Assembly: GCA_903866625.1 (NCBI GenBank) | Contig: CAIPOI010000008.1 | Coordinates: forward strand, 72,674-136,673 | Origin: an uncultured archaeon | GTDB taxonomy: Archaea > Nanobdellota > Nanobdellia > Pacearchaeales > GW2011-AR1 | Length of the DNA stretch: 64,000 nucleotides | Direction: 5' to 3' | In this document: positions 17,909 through 26,302 of the stretch, in pieces | How the letters are laid out: the number at the start of each line of letters is the position of its first letter | How positions within the stretch are numbered: position 1 is the stretch's first letter | The notes under the pieces: generated by a model | Databases searched by the model: none | The model's input: the letters and a program-made list of their open reading frames with translations, nothing else | Told to the model about the DNA's origin: nothing | Translations under genes and position numbers: made by a program

Positions 17909-18170
17909 GTGCAGACTAGACGGCAGGTTAGCTCTCTGCCATTTGCTAGTGAGCTTTAAGCAAGTCGCAAGAAGGCAAGTGAGATTTGGGTTAAAAAGTC
18001 CTTGAATCAACGTTGAAGTTTTGTCTTCCTTGATCTTGCTTTTGCGAAATGGGTCAGATCTTGATCGAAGCAGCCCTAAACAAGAGCGTAGGTGCTTGGA
18101 AGGTAGCAGAACTGAGAAGATTTTTGGATCAACTTTTTAATTTACTTCAGGCAAACCTTTGAGTCTGCAC
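17909..18170 (+). ncRNA. Signal recognition particle RNA (7S RNA), compact ~262 nt form
   Basis: GC-enriched non-coding island. Terminal helix GUGCAGACU / AGUCUGCAC. Two adjacent hairpins: GGCAG-N9-CUGCC (17922-17940) and UUGCU-N11-AGCAA (17943-17963). Their loops are complementary (AGCUC vs GAGCU), as in Alu-domain helices 3/4. Helix-8-like GGGUCAGAUCUUGAUCGAAGCAGCCC (18051-18076) resembles E. coli 4.5S GGUCAGGUCCGGAAGGAAGCAGCC. Long complementary arms (UUAAAAAGU / ACUUUUUAA) fit helix 5. Confidence 0.7.
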
Positions 18171-18180
18171 ATTATTTTTT
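18171..18180 (+). terminator. Oligo-T tract after the SRP RNA
   Basis: ATTATTTTTT follows the closing helix directly. Archaeal RNA polymerase terminates at oligo-T. Confidence 0.4.
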
Positions 18181-18370
18181 AAATTTGCATTAGAATAATA
18201 AATAACTAAACTCATTGAATTTTTCGATTAACCTATTCTTTCTGAATATTATTAATAATTAATAGTAATAACTGAACCTGTGCAGATTATTTGGTCTTGT
18301 AATTGGTAGTAATTATTTTAGTTTAAAGTTTACTTAATATTCATAACTAATTTATGTCTTTTTCCCTTTT

Positions 18371-18898
18371 TTAAGTACAGTTTTCTAAATCAATCGTGGC
18401 AATATTTTCACAAAGATATAATTTCTTGTTTACTATTTGATAGGGTTGAATCTGTAGCTTTTCTATAGTATTCATCGCAGGATAGATAAAATTAAATTCT
18501 CCGGAGGTTCCTACTATAAATTCTTGGGTTGCTGAAAATTCATATCTTCCTTCAATTCCAGGTATAGAACCTTGTCCTTGTATACTCAGAGTATTATTAC
18601 TGGCTAATCCTATTGTTGGTTGTTTTGTAGAGTCATTAGATACTCTTAAGAAAAATCCATTAACATTAAAAAATCCAGAATTTTGTATTTCAAGAGTTAT
18701 TACTTTATTATCGCAGCTATATTTTTTTATAGTTAGTGCGGTATCACTTGGGCAGTTATATTCATTCTGAGAGGGCAGATAGTGTTTTACCCAAGCATAA
18801 ACCCCTGTTGCTAATCCCAGTGCAATTACTATCAATAGAACATATCCAACTAATTCGCTTATGCCTTTTTTATTCTTGTTTTGGATTATGTTTCTCAT
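18371..18898 (-). CDS. Archaeal type IV pilin-like protein (class III signal peptide)
   Basis: MRNIIQNKNKKG/ISELVGYVLLIVIALGLATGVYAWV: basic leader, KG cleavage-type site, hydrophobic helix. Confidence 0.8.
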   Translation of the reverse strand: MRNIIQNKNKKGISELVGYVLLIVIALGLATGVYAWVKHYLPSQNEYNCPSDTALTIKKYSCDNKVITLEIQNSGFFNVNGFFLRVSNDSTKQPTIGLASNNTLSIQGQGSIPGIEGRYEFSATQEFIVGTSGEFNFIYPAMNTIEKLQIQPYQIVNKKLYLCENIATIDLENCT

Positions 18899-18928
18899 AT
18901 TAATTTTTTGTTTTTATAGTATTTATAA

Positions 18929-19495
18929 TTAATCATTTAAGTTAGTAAGAACATAATTGTTTAAACCCTCTTGAGTTATCATTATAGACATAAAGTTATT
19001 ATCCTCAAGCACCGGTGCTTTGTAAACTATTCCATTAATTGTTACATCTACAGTTATTATTCCTGTAATTGGGTCTGGAGGATTTACTGTATTAGTTTTA
19101 GTTATTTCAGTTATTTGTCCAGAGGTAGGTAAACACATGTTTCCTGTAGAAACACAACCTCCACTTGTTCTTGAATAGGTTATAGATTTTATTTTGTCCG
19201 AGTTTATATCTCCATAAAAAATAGTTAACTCAAAATTTTCTAAAGTATTGTCCTTCAAATAATTTGAAAAAATTTGTGAAATTTCTAAGATACAAGATTC
19301 TGTTGAAACTTTGTTTTTAATGCAGTAGTCCATCGCATTTAAAACTTCATTATTAAAATCTCCGAAAGTTTGAATTCCTTTTTTAGATATCTCTCGAGTT
19401 ATAACATAGTTCGAAACATTAGCTAGGCTTAGTATTAACGAGGCGATGATAACTGCAGCAATAATATAAAATTGTCCTTTTTTTCCCCTTTTCAT
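18929..19495 (-). CDS. Archaeal type IV pilin-like protein
   Basis: MKRGKKG/QFYIIAAVIIASLILSLANV class III signal-peptide pattern. Confidence 0.7.
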   Translation of the reverse strand: MKRGKKGQFYIIAAVIIASLILSLANVSNYVITREISKKGIQTFGDFNNEVLNAMDYCIKNKVSTESCILEISQIFSNYLKDNTLENFELTIFYGDINSDKIKSITYSRTSGGCVSTGNMCLPTSGQITEITKTNTVNPPDPITGIITVDVTINGIVYKAPVLEDNNFMSIMITQEGLNNYVLTNLND

Positions 19496-19615
19496 AATTA
19501 GCTTAAATGATTTGCATATTTAAAGTTTCTCCTCGTAAATATCGTCAATTGAAAATATTTATAAACCACATTAGACTTCAATAGCTATAAGTCTTTTAGA
19601 CTGTTAAAGAGGAAA

Positions 19616-20059
19616 ATGATAAAATTGAATTTAAAAACTAAAAAGGGGTTAAGCCCGATAATTATTACAATTCTTTTAGTTTTATTAACTATAATTGTTG
19701 CTTCAATTATTTATGTTTGGTTAACCAGTTTTTTAAAGGAAGGTTTAACAAAATCGGATCAACCAATTGAGCGTTCTTGTGATAATATTAACTTAGAAGT
19801 TTCTTCTTCTAATGGTATTCTGTATGTAACCAATAATGGCAATGTCGCAATTTATATGCTTAAACTTTCAACTATTAATTCTGGAACTTCTGAACTTAAG
19901 GATTTAGACTCTTTAGGAATAGGTCAATCAAAATCTTTTGATATTTCTGGAGTGGATATTGCCTCTGCAAAAATTGTTTCTGTTCTGCTTGGAAATTCTA
20001 AAAATAATGAAGTAAATGAATTTCAGTGCCCTAAAACCACTTGGAAAAGTATTGCTTAA
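19616..20059 (+). CDS. Archaeal type IV pilin (DUF361-type N-terminus)
   Basis: MIKLNLKTKKG/LSPIIITILLVLLTIIVASIIYVWL. SD-like GAGGA upstream. Confidence 0.85.
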   Translation: MIKLNLKTKKGLSPIIITILLVLLTIIVASIIYVWLTSFLKEGLTKSDQPIERSCDNINLEVSSSNGILYVTNNGNVAIYMLKLSTINSGTSELKDLDSLGIGQSKSFDISGVDIASAKIVSVLLGNSKNNEVNEFQCPKTTWKSIA

Positions 20060-20068
20060 TGAACTACT

Positions 20069-20599
20069 ATGGTTGCTAAAAATAAAAAATCTCAAAGTGA
20101 AGTAATAACTACGGTTTTACTTATCTTAGTTGGAATAGCGGCGGTTGCAGTTGTTTCTACTTTTGTGATTAATATGGTTAGAAATAATCTTCAAGGAACA
20201 GAATGTTTTGATGCAGTAGGTCAGTTGGAAATTAACGTTGATGGCGGATATACTTTTTATAACTATTCAAGTAAATTACTTTATGTTAATGTTGTTCGAG
20301 CTGAAAAAGATTTTAATCTCACTGGATTAGTTTTTATCGTTGGTTCAGATATTGAAAAGAAACCAATAACTATTCATGATGGAATAAATTCTGGAGTTTA
20401 TCCTGCTGCTAATTTGCCAAATCCTCTTGCTCCAACTGCAGTATCTCTTCCTGTTGCAAGCCAGACTTATACTTATGTTTTAGATATGAATACTCTTTAT
20501 TCAACTCTTATGGGAAATATAACTCGGGTTTCTATCGCACCAATAATCATAAAACAATGTAAAGAAGAAGCTAGCAAAACTATTCCTGTTTATGTTTAA
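20069..20599 (+). CDS. Archaeal type IV pilin-like protein
   Basis: MVAKNKKSQ/SEVITTVLLILVGIAAVAVV. Confidence 0.75.
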   Translation: MVAKNKKSQSEVITTVLLILVGIAAVAVVSTFVINMVRNNLQGTECFDAVGQLEINVDGGYTFYNYSSKLLYVNVVRAEKDFNLTGLVFIVGSDIEKKPITIHDGINSGVYPAANLPNPLAPTAVSLPVASQTYTYVLDMNTLYSTLMGNITRVSIAPIIIKQCKEEASKTIPVYV

Positions 20600-20631
20600 T
20601 CATTAGTTTATGTTTTGTTAAAATTTGCAAA

Positions 20632-21156
20632 ATGCTAAAAAAAAGAGGTCAGGTTTGGATTGAAACAGTAATTTATACTCTAATAGGTTTGACTATAATT
20701 GGGATTCTTTTATCGATTGTAGTTCCCAAGATAAATCAAATGTCTGATAAAGCTATAATAGAGCAATCTTTGAATACTTTAAACATTATTGATCAGAAGA
20801 TTTCTGAGATTAGCATTACTTCTGGAAATTCTAGAGAAATTGATATTTTTTCAAAGAAGGGCGATTTTATTCTTGATGGAAGTAGTGGTAAGTTTTATTA
20901 CATCCTGAAAAATACGCCAGTAATCTATAGTCAACCCGATCAAACTCTAAAAAGGGGAAATGCAAATATTTTAACCACAAAAAAAGGAGATAGCTATAGT
21001 TTTATTGCTTATTTAGATTATAGCTCTTTGAATTTAACCTATGGTGGTGAAAATATTAATAGGACCTTTTCAGTTGCTCCTGCGGGATATAATTTAGTGA
21101 TTGAAAATCTTGGTGTGATAGGTGAAAAAATAAATGTAAATGTAAGACAAGTTTAA
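20632..21156 (+). CDS. Archaeal type IV pilin-like protein
   Basis: MLKKRG/QVWIETVIYTLIGLTIIGILLSIV. Confidence 0.75.
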   Translation: MLKKRGQVWIETVIYTLIGLTIIGILLSIVVPKINQMSDKAIIEQSLNTLNIIDQKISEISITSGNSREIDIFSKKGDFILDGSSGKFYYILKNTPVIYSQPDQTLKRGNANILTTKKGDSYSFIAYLDYSSLNLTYGGENINRTFSVAPAGYNLVIENLGVIGEKINVNVRQV

Positions 21157-21157
21157 A

Positions 21158-22690
21158 ATGCAAGAAATAAAAATAAATCCTACCCCAATAGTTCCCCCAT
21201 TGCCAACTGTAGCTGATAAAACTAAGATTGATGTAAGATATGCTTTAATTTCCCCTTATGTTTCGGTTCATGTTTATTGGGATAATTCTCTTAGAGAATT
21301 AAGATACGATGTAGAAGAACCTCGATTAAATGATTTTCAGAAGAGTTCTTTGGATAAACTTGAGCAAGCACTATTAGAAGTAATAAATATTAATAGTGTA
21401 GTTGAAAATACTCCTGAAGCAATTACTCACTATATTCATCAAACTGCTAAAATGCTTATGGATGAAATAGGATTAAATCTTACAGATGAAGACTACACAA
21501 AAATATTTTATTATTTATACAGGGATTTCGTGGGTTTAAATGAGATTGAACCTCTTATTAGAGATTATTTTATTGAGGATATAGAATGCAATGGGATAGA
21601 TACGCCATTATACATTGTTCATAGAGTTTATAAAAATATTAAAACCAATATTCAGTTTAACTCTATCGAGAAGTTATCCAGTTTTGTTGAGAAGTTAGCT
21701 CAAAGATGCGGTAAGTATATTTCTTATGCTTCGCCAATAGTTGATGGTTCTCTTCCAGATGGTTCGAGAGTTAATGCTACTTATACTAAGGAGATAAGTT
21801 CAAGAGGACCAACTTTTACTATCCGTAAATTTACTAAAGTGCCTTGGACTCCGACTCAATTGGTTAGTTTTGGAACTCTTAGTCCTGAGATGTTAGCTTA
21901 TCTTTGGATGCTTATTCAGTATAAATCTAATATTCTTATTTCTGGAGGTACAGCTTCTGGAAAAACAACTCTATTAAATGCTATCGCCTTTTTTATTCCC
22001 CCTGAGGCGAGAGTAGTAAGTATTGAAGATACAAGAGAACTAAGTTTGTCTAGAGAAAACTGGCTTCCAAGTGTTTCTCGTTCTTCAAGTGGATTGAGTA
22101 ATGTTGGGGAGGTTAGCTTATTTAACTTATTGAAGAGCTCGTTCAGACAGAATCCAGATTATGTAATTGTAGGAGAAGTTAGAGGTGAAGAAGCCAGTGT
22201 TCTTTTTCAGGGAATGGCTTCTGGACATTCTTCTTTAAGCACAATTCATGCAGATTCAGTAGATACCTTAGTAAAAAGATTAGAAACTCCTCCGATAAAT
22301 CTTTCACCCACCCTGATTAACACGATTGATTGTGTAGCTATCATGACTCATGCAGTAGTTGGCAAGCAAGAAACTCGTAAATTAAGAGAGCTTGTGGAAG
22401 TTGTTAGTGTTAGTCCTGAGGGCATAGCCGTTACTAACACGCCTTTTGTTTGGAATCCTCGAGATAATATTTTTTATTTTAAGAAGCTTAGTCAGTCTTT
22501 TAAAAAAATTGAATCCCGATTTGGAATAAACCAAACAGAACTTGAAGCTGAATTTAAATTAAGAACTATGTTGCTTAATGAATTAGTAAAAAGGAAAATT
22601 TTTAACTATCATGAAGTTCAAGATGTAGTTAATCATTATTATAAAAATCCTACTTCAGTTCTAAAGGCTTTTGGTATAAATAGTCAATAG
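21158..22690 (+). CDS. Type IV pilus assembly ATPase (FlaI/PilB/TadA, VirB11 superfamily)
   Basis: Walker A GGTASGKTTLLNA, Walker B region PDYVIVGEVRGEEA, His-box-like ..GHSSLSTIHA. 510 aa. ATG is 2 nt after the preceding pilin stop. Confidence 0.93.
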   Translation: MQEIKINPTPIVPPLPTVADKTKIDVRYALISPYVSVHVYWDNSLRELRYDVEEPRLNDFQKSSLDKLEQALLEVININSVVENTPEAITHYIHQTAKMLMDEIGLNLTDEDYTKIFYYLYRDFVGLNEIEPLIRDYFIEDIECNGIDTPLYIVHRVYKNIKTNIQFNSIEKLSSFVEKLAQRCGKYISYASPIVDGSLPDGSRVNATYTKEISSRGPTFTIRKFTKVPWTPTQLVSFGTLSPEMLAYLWMLIQYKSNILISGGTASGKTTLLNAIAFFIPPEARVVSIEDTRELSLSRENWLPSVSRSSSGLSNVGEVSLFNLLKSSFRQNPDYVIVGEVRGEEASVLFQGMASGHSSLSTIHADSVDTLVKRLETPPINLSPTLINTIDCVAIMTHAVVGKQETRKLRELVEVVSVSPEGIAVTNTPFVWNPRDNIFYFKKLSQSFKKIESRFGINQTELEAEFKLRTMLLNELVKRKIFNYHEVQDVVNHYYKNPTSVLKAFGINSQ

Positions 22691-22740
22691 AGTTTTTCTT
22701 GGTTTTTGTTTGTTTCTCGGGTTGTTGCTTTTGTTTTTAT
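22691..22740 (+). terminator. T-rich tract after the ATPase gene
   Basis: AGTTTTTCTTGGTTTTTGTTTGTTTCTCGGGTTGTTGCTTTTGTTTTT, followed by the TATA-like ATTTATAAAC. Confidence 0.35.
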
Positions 22741-22801
22741 TAAGATTTATAAACAAAAGTTTCTTCTATAAATTGAGGGATTAAAAAGAGGAAATCAGAG
22801 A

Positions 22802-22972
22802 ATGGAAAATAATGACTTGCTTTTGCTTATGCAACTTATTAAGAGTTTAGAAGCACATGTTAATAATTTTGAACGAGCTTATCAAGATATGGATAAGGAG
22901 AAGTTTGAAAAATACAAAAAGGCAATTCTTGAGTTTCAAAATAAAATAGGTTTTTTACTGAAAAATGCATGA
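22802..22972 (+). CDS. Possible small helical protein (56 aa, MENNDLLLLMQLIKSLEAHVNNFERAYQDMDKEKFEKYKKAILEFQNKIGFLLKNA)
   Basis: Hand-read ORF below the cutoff. SD-like GAGGAAA upstream. Its stop overlaps the start of 22965..24179 by 8 nt. Confidence 0.4.
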   Translation: MENNDLLLLMQLIKSLEAHVNNFERAYQDMDKEKFEKYKKAILEFQNKIGFLLKNA

Positions 22973-24179
22973 TAGTCTGCTTAAAAATAATGTTTTGATA
23001 GAAAAAGATATTATAAAAAAGCTTTTAGCCTTGGACAAAAAAGATGATAACTCTAAAAAACTTTCTAAATCTTTGATTAGTGAATTGAAAATAATAAATG
23101 ATTCAATTCCTAAATTGATTGAAAGCGTAGACTTTTATAAGAAAATTAAAGAAAATAAAGAATCAAAAAATAATAAGGATTTGATAGGCGTAAAATATTC
23201 TGATTCTGGAAAAAATACAAAAAATATTGCACTTAATAAAAAGGATGAAAATAAGTTTATTAGTGCAATACAAAAAGAAAAGGATTCTCTAAAATCTCTT
23301 TCAGATAAAAATGAGTTTGATTTTTCTAGTTCTTATACTCGAATGGCAGGTTCTTTATTTAGAGCTACTGCTATAAATCTTTCCAAAAGTTCTTTATTTT
23401 TGGATACAAAGAGTGATTTAAAGAAAATTGGTTCAACGATGGTGGTGGAGAGCTATATTTCTATAGCTTTATTTAGTATTATGCTTTCGGCAATTTTTGC
23501 TGTAGTATTATCATTAATTATGTTTTTTGTAATTGGATTTATGGCCTTAATATTAATCTTACTTATTCCATTAATCGTGGCAGCGAGTTTTTATTTGTAT
23601 CCTTCTTCTTCAGTTAAAAGTTATGCTAAGAAGATAGATAGAGAACTCCCTTTTGTTACTATTTATCTCTCTGCTATATCCACTTCTGGAATAGAACCAA
23701 GCAAAATCTTTTCAATTATTCTATCTTCTCCGGATTATCCTGCTACTTCCAGAGAGATAAAAAAATTAAGTAATTACATTAATCTTTATGGTGCAGATTT
23801 AGTTAGTGCTCTGAGATATGTTTCTAAAAACAATCCTTCAGAGAAATTGGGTTTATTGTTTGATGGTTTGGCTACAACTATAACCTCTGGTGGAGAAATC
23901 ACTTTATTTTTGAAAAAGCATTCTGAAACTCTTTTATTTGATTATAGACTTGAAAGGGAAAAATATACTCAGCTTGCAGAAACTTTTATGAATATCTACA
24001 TTAGCGTTGTAATCGCTGCACCTCTGATGCTCATGGTTTTATTAGTCCTTATGAGCAGAACAGGATTTGCAAGTGGTTCGCTTAATTCTTTTACTCTAAG
24101 TTTTATTTCTATTTTAGTAATCTCTCTATTAAATATGGGTTTTCTACTTTTTTTAAGTATGAAACAACCAAAGTTCTAA
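22965..24179 (+). CDS. Pilus platform membrane protein, first half (single T2SSF/FlaJ/TadC-type domain with ~150-aa hydrophilic N-extension)
   Basis: ..RELPFVTIYLSAISTSGIEPSKIFSII..YGADLVSALRYVS..LFDGLATTITSGGEI.. flanked by TM segments. Confidence 0.85.
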   Translation: MHDSLLKNNVLIEKDIIKKLLALDKKDDNSKKLSKSLISELKIINDSIPKLIESVDFYKKIKENKESKNNKDLIGVKYSDSGKNTKNIALNKKDENKFISAIQKEKDSLKSLSDKNEFDFSSSYTRMAGSLFRATAINLSKSSLFLDTKSDLKKIGSTMVVESYISIALFSIMLSAIFAVVLSLIMFFVIGFMALILILLIPLIVAASFYLYPSSSVKSYAKKIDRELPFVTIYLSAISTSGIEPSKIFSIILSSPDYPATSREIKKLSNYINLYGADLVSALRYVSKNNPSEKLGLLFDGLATTITSGGEITLFLKKHSETLLFDYRLEREKYTQLAETFMNIYISVVIAAPLMLMVLLVLMSRTGFASGSLNSFTLSFISILVISLLNMGFLLFLSMKQPKF

Positions 24180-24180
24180 A

Positions 24181-25080
24181 ATGGCAGATAAAAAATTGAA
24201 TAGATCTCATTGGGTTGGAATAATCGCAGGAATTATTTTAATTTTAATCTCAATTATTTTATATAAGACTGGTTTTGGTTTTTCTAGTAAACCCTTGATG
24301 GATTCTAAAATGCTTTCTTTTGTACTTGGAATTTCTTTTGCTATAATTGGTTTGCCATTTTTCATAAATCTCATAATTGAGGGAAGAAGAGAAAATAATG
24401 TAGAGCAGATGTTTTTAGAATTTGTAAGGGATTTAGTTGAGGGCGTTCGTTCTGGAACTCCTATAAATAAGACTATTATAAATCTACAAAATAAAGATTA
24501 TGGTAGTCTGAATGTTTATATTTCTAAGTTGGGAAATCAAATTGCAATGGGTATACCTGTTAAGGAGGCTTTAGATATTTTCGCAAAAGATATTAATAAC
24601 TCTGTTATAAGTCGGTCAGTTAGTCTTATTCGTGAAGCCGAGAGGTCTGGTGGAGAAATTGAATCAATATTAGATTCAGTTACTTTTTCAGTAAATCAGA
24701 TTGAAAAACTAAAAAAAGAAAGAGCAGCCGCAATATATAGTTTAACGGTTCAAGGATATATTATTTTCATGATTTTTATAGTGATTATGTTGGTGTTAGA
24801 ATTCCAGATTTTGCCAATGGCTGCTAAGTTGGGTAGTTCTTCTGATTTTTCAACTGATGGACTTAGTGCGATTGGAGCTTCTTCTACTGCATTAAATTCA
24901 AGTCCGGCAGATTTTACAAAACCTTTTTTCTTTTTATTATTAACTCAGGGATTATTTGCAGGGTTGATTATAGGTAAAATTTCTGAAGGTACTGTTAGAG
25001 CGGGATATAAGCATTCTTTTGTGCTTGTTCTTTTGGCTTGGCTTATTTCTTCGGGTGCAGAGAAGTTTATTGGAGGATAG
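24181..25080 (+). CDS. Pilus platform membrane protein, second half (single T2SSF/TadB/C-type domain)
   Basis: ..FLEFVRDLVEGVRSGTPINKTI..IAMGIPVKEALDIFAKD..SLIREAERSGGEIESILD.. plus TM segments. ATG is 2 nt after the previous stop. Confidence 0.85.
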   Translation: MADKKLNRSHWVGIIAGIILILISIILYKTGFGFSSKPLMDSKMLSFVLGISFAIIGLPFFINLIIEGRRENNVEQMFLEFVRDLVEGVRSGTPINKTIINLQNKDYGSLNVYISKLGNQIAMGIPVKEALDIFAKDINNSVISRSVSLIREAERSGGEIESILDSVTFSVNQIEKLKKERAAAIYSLTVQGYIIFMIFIVIMLVLEFQILPMAAKLGSSSDFSTDGLSAIGASSTALNSSPADFTKPFFFLLLTQGLFAGLIIGKISEGTVRAGYKHSFVLVLLAWLISSGAEKFIGG

Positions 25081-25081
25081 T

Positions 25082-25867
25082 ATGATAAAAATAAATCTTT
25101 TGAATAAAAATAAGGGCAAAAGAGCTCAAGGGCATGTAGAATTAGTTTTATCTTTTGTATTATTTGTTGGTTTTGTGTTGTTTATTCTGCTTTTTTTAAA
25201 TCCTCTTAATCAAAAAGAAGTTTCTAATTCCTTGCTTGATAAATCTTGGGGGATTATTGAAAAAAATATTTCTATTGATTATTACTTAGTTTCTTTAATA
25301 ATTCAAAATCCTTCTTTATTAGATAATTCTGGAAAATCCTGTTTTATTTTGGAGAACGTGCCTTTTGATTTAAGTTTAGTTAGAGTTACAGATTCTTTGG
25401 GTAATCCTGTTAGTTCTTCTATATCCAGTAGCGGAAAAAAGAATAAATTAAGTATATCTATAGTTCCGGAGGAGCAGCTTTATAAAATTTATAGTTCTCA
25501 AAGTTTTTTAAGTTCATCAGCAACTCTTAACTCTTGTTATAGTGATTTATCGAAAAAAACTTCAGATAAAACTAAAACAAATTATTCTTTTGGAGTAGTT
25601 GAAAAAAATAGCATCATATTTTATGATAGTATTTCTAAGCTTAATGCAAGTTATGCTTTAGATTATACTTCTTTAAAGAATTATTTAGGTATAACTGGAG
25701 ACTTTGGATTTATTGTTTATGATGATTCGAGAAAAGTTATTTTTGATACTCTGAGTGGTCCTGGAATTATAAAATCTTCTAATGTTCTATCTCGAGAAAT
25801 TCCTATTATCGTAATGAAAAACGATGGTTCTAAAATTAAAATGATATTTAATCTTCAAGTTTGGTAA
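25082..25867 (+). CDS. Pilin-like protein (minor pilin candidate)
   Basis: Start moved to ATG 25082, directly after GGAGGA. MIKINLLNKNKGKRAQG/HVELVLSFVLFVGFVLFILLFL. The longer track ORF (25019) would overlap the platform gene. Confidence 0.65.
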   Translation: MIKINLLNKNKGKRAQGHVELVLSFVLFVGFVLFILLFLNPLNQKEVSNSLLDKSWGIIEKNISIDYYLVSLIIQNPSLLDNSGKSCFILENVPFDLSLVRVTDSLGNPVSSSISSSGKKNKLSISIVPEEQLYKIYSSQSFLSSSATLNSCYSDLSKKTSDKTKTNYSFGVVEKNSIIFYDSISKLNASYALDYTSLKNYLGITGDFGFIVYDDSRKVIFDTLSGPGIIKSSNVLSREIPIIVMKNDGSKIKMIFNLQVW

Positions 25868-25879
25868 ACTTTTATACTA

Positions 25880-26299
25880 ATGAAAAAATTTAAAAAAAAT
25901 AATAAAAAAGCATGGCTTAGAATTTTTGAGGCTTCTATAGCTATCCTTCTGTTATTAGGGGTCATCATGATTGTTTTAAATAAATCTAACACGCAAAATA
26001 CTAACTCTGAAATTCCTACTTTAGAAAGAAATATTCTTGTTTCAATAAGTCAAGATCAAAATTTAAGAAATCAAGTTTTAGCTGGAAATAAAGTAAGTCT
26101 TGAAGGTTATGTTTCTAATTTAAAACCTCGTGGATTGGATTATAGTGTGAACATTTGTTCTGTAGAAGATATTTGTCCACTTCAAGTAAGCTCTGAGATA
26201 ATTATTAATAGGGATATTTATGCAGATAGTATTATAATCGCTTCTAATTCTACTACTTATGAAGAAAAGCAATTAAAAATTTTCTTTTGGAGGGTTTAA
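25880..26299 (+). CDS. Pilin-like protein (minor pilin candidate)
   Basis: MKKFKKNNKKA/WLRIFEASIAILLLLGVIMIVL. Confidence 0.6.
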   Translation: MKKFKKNNKKAWLRIFEASIAILLLLGVIMIVLNKSNTQNTNSEIPTLERNILVSISQDQNLRNQVLAGNKVSLEGYVSNLKPRGLDYSVNICSVEDICPLQVSSEIIINRDIYADSIIIASNSTTYEEKQLKIFFWRV

Positions 26300-26302
26300 T
26301 TT

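Noticed and set aside
17909-18170. Alternative reading of the structured RNA as RNase P RNA, prompted by AAAAAGUCC resembling the CR-I GGAAAGUCC and by the Pop5 gene in the window.
   Set aside because: No complementary P4 3' strand (..ACAGAA..GGCUUA-type) pairs with it. The helix-8-like GAAGCAGCC element, the Alu-type kissing hairpins and the rod-like overall pairing fit SRP RNA much better. This still needs a covariance-model check.
18260-18300. CCTGTGCAGATTATTTGG resembles the SRP RNA 5' end (CGTGCAGACTAGACGG). Considered as a pseudo-copy.
   Set aside because: Similarity is limited to about 12 of 16 nt, with no continuation and no matching 3' helix.
25019-25081. The extended start of the pilin-like ORF would overlap the platform gene by 62 nt. 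A programmed frameshift or fusion was considered.
   Set aside because: An ATG at 25082 directly follows GGAGGA and yields a canonical class III signal peptide. The upstream extension is hydrophobic read-through of the other frame.
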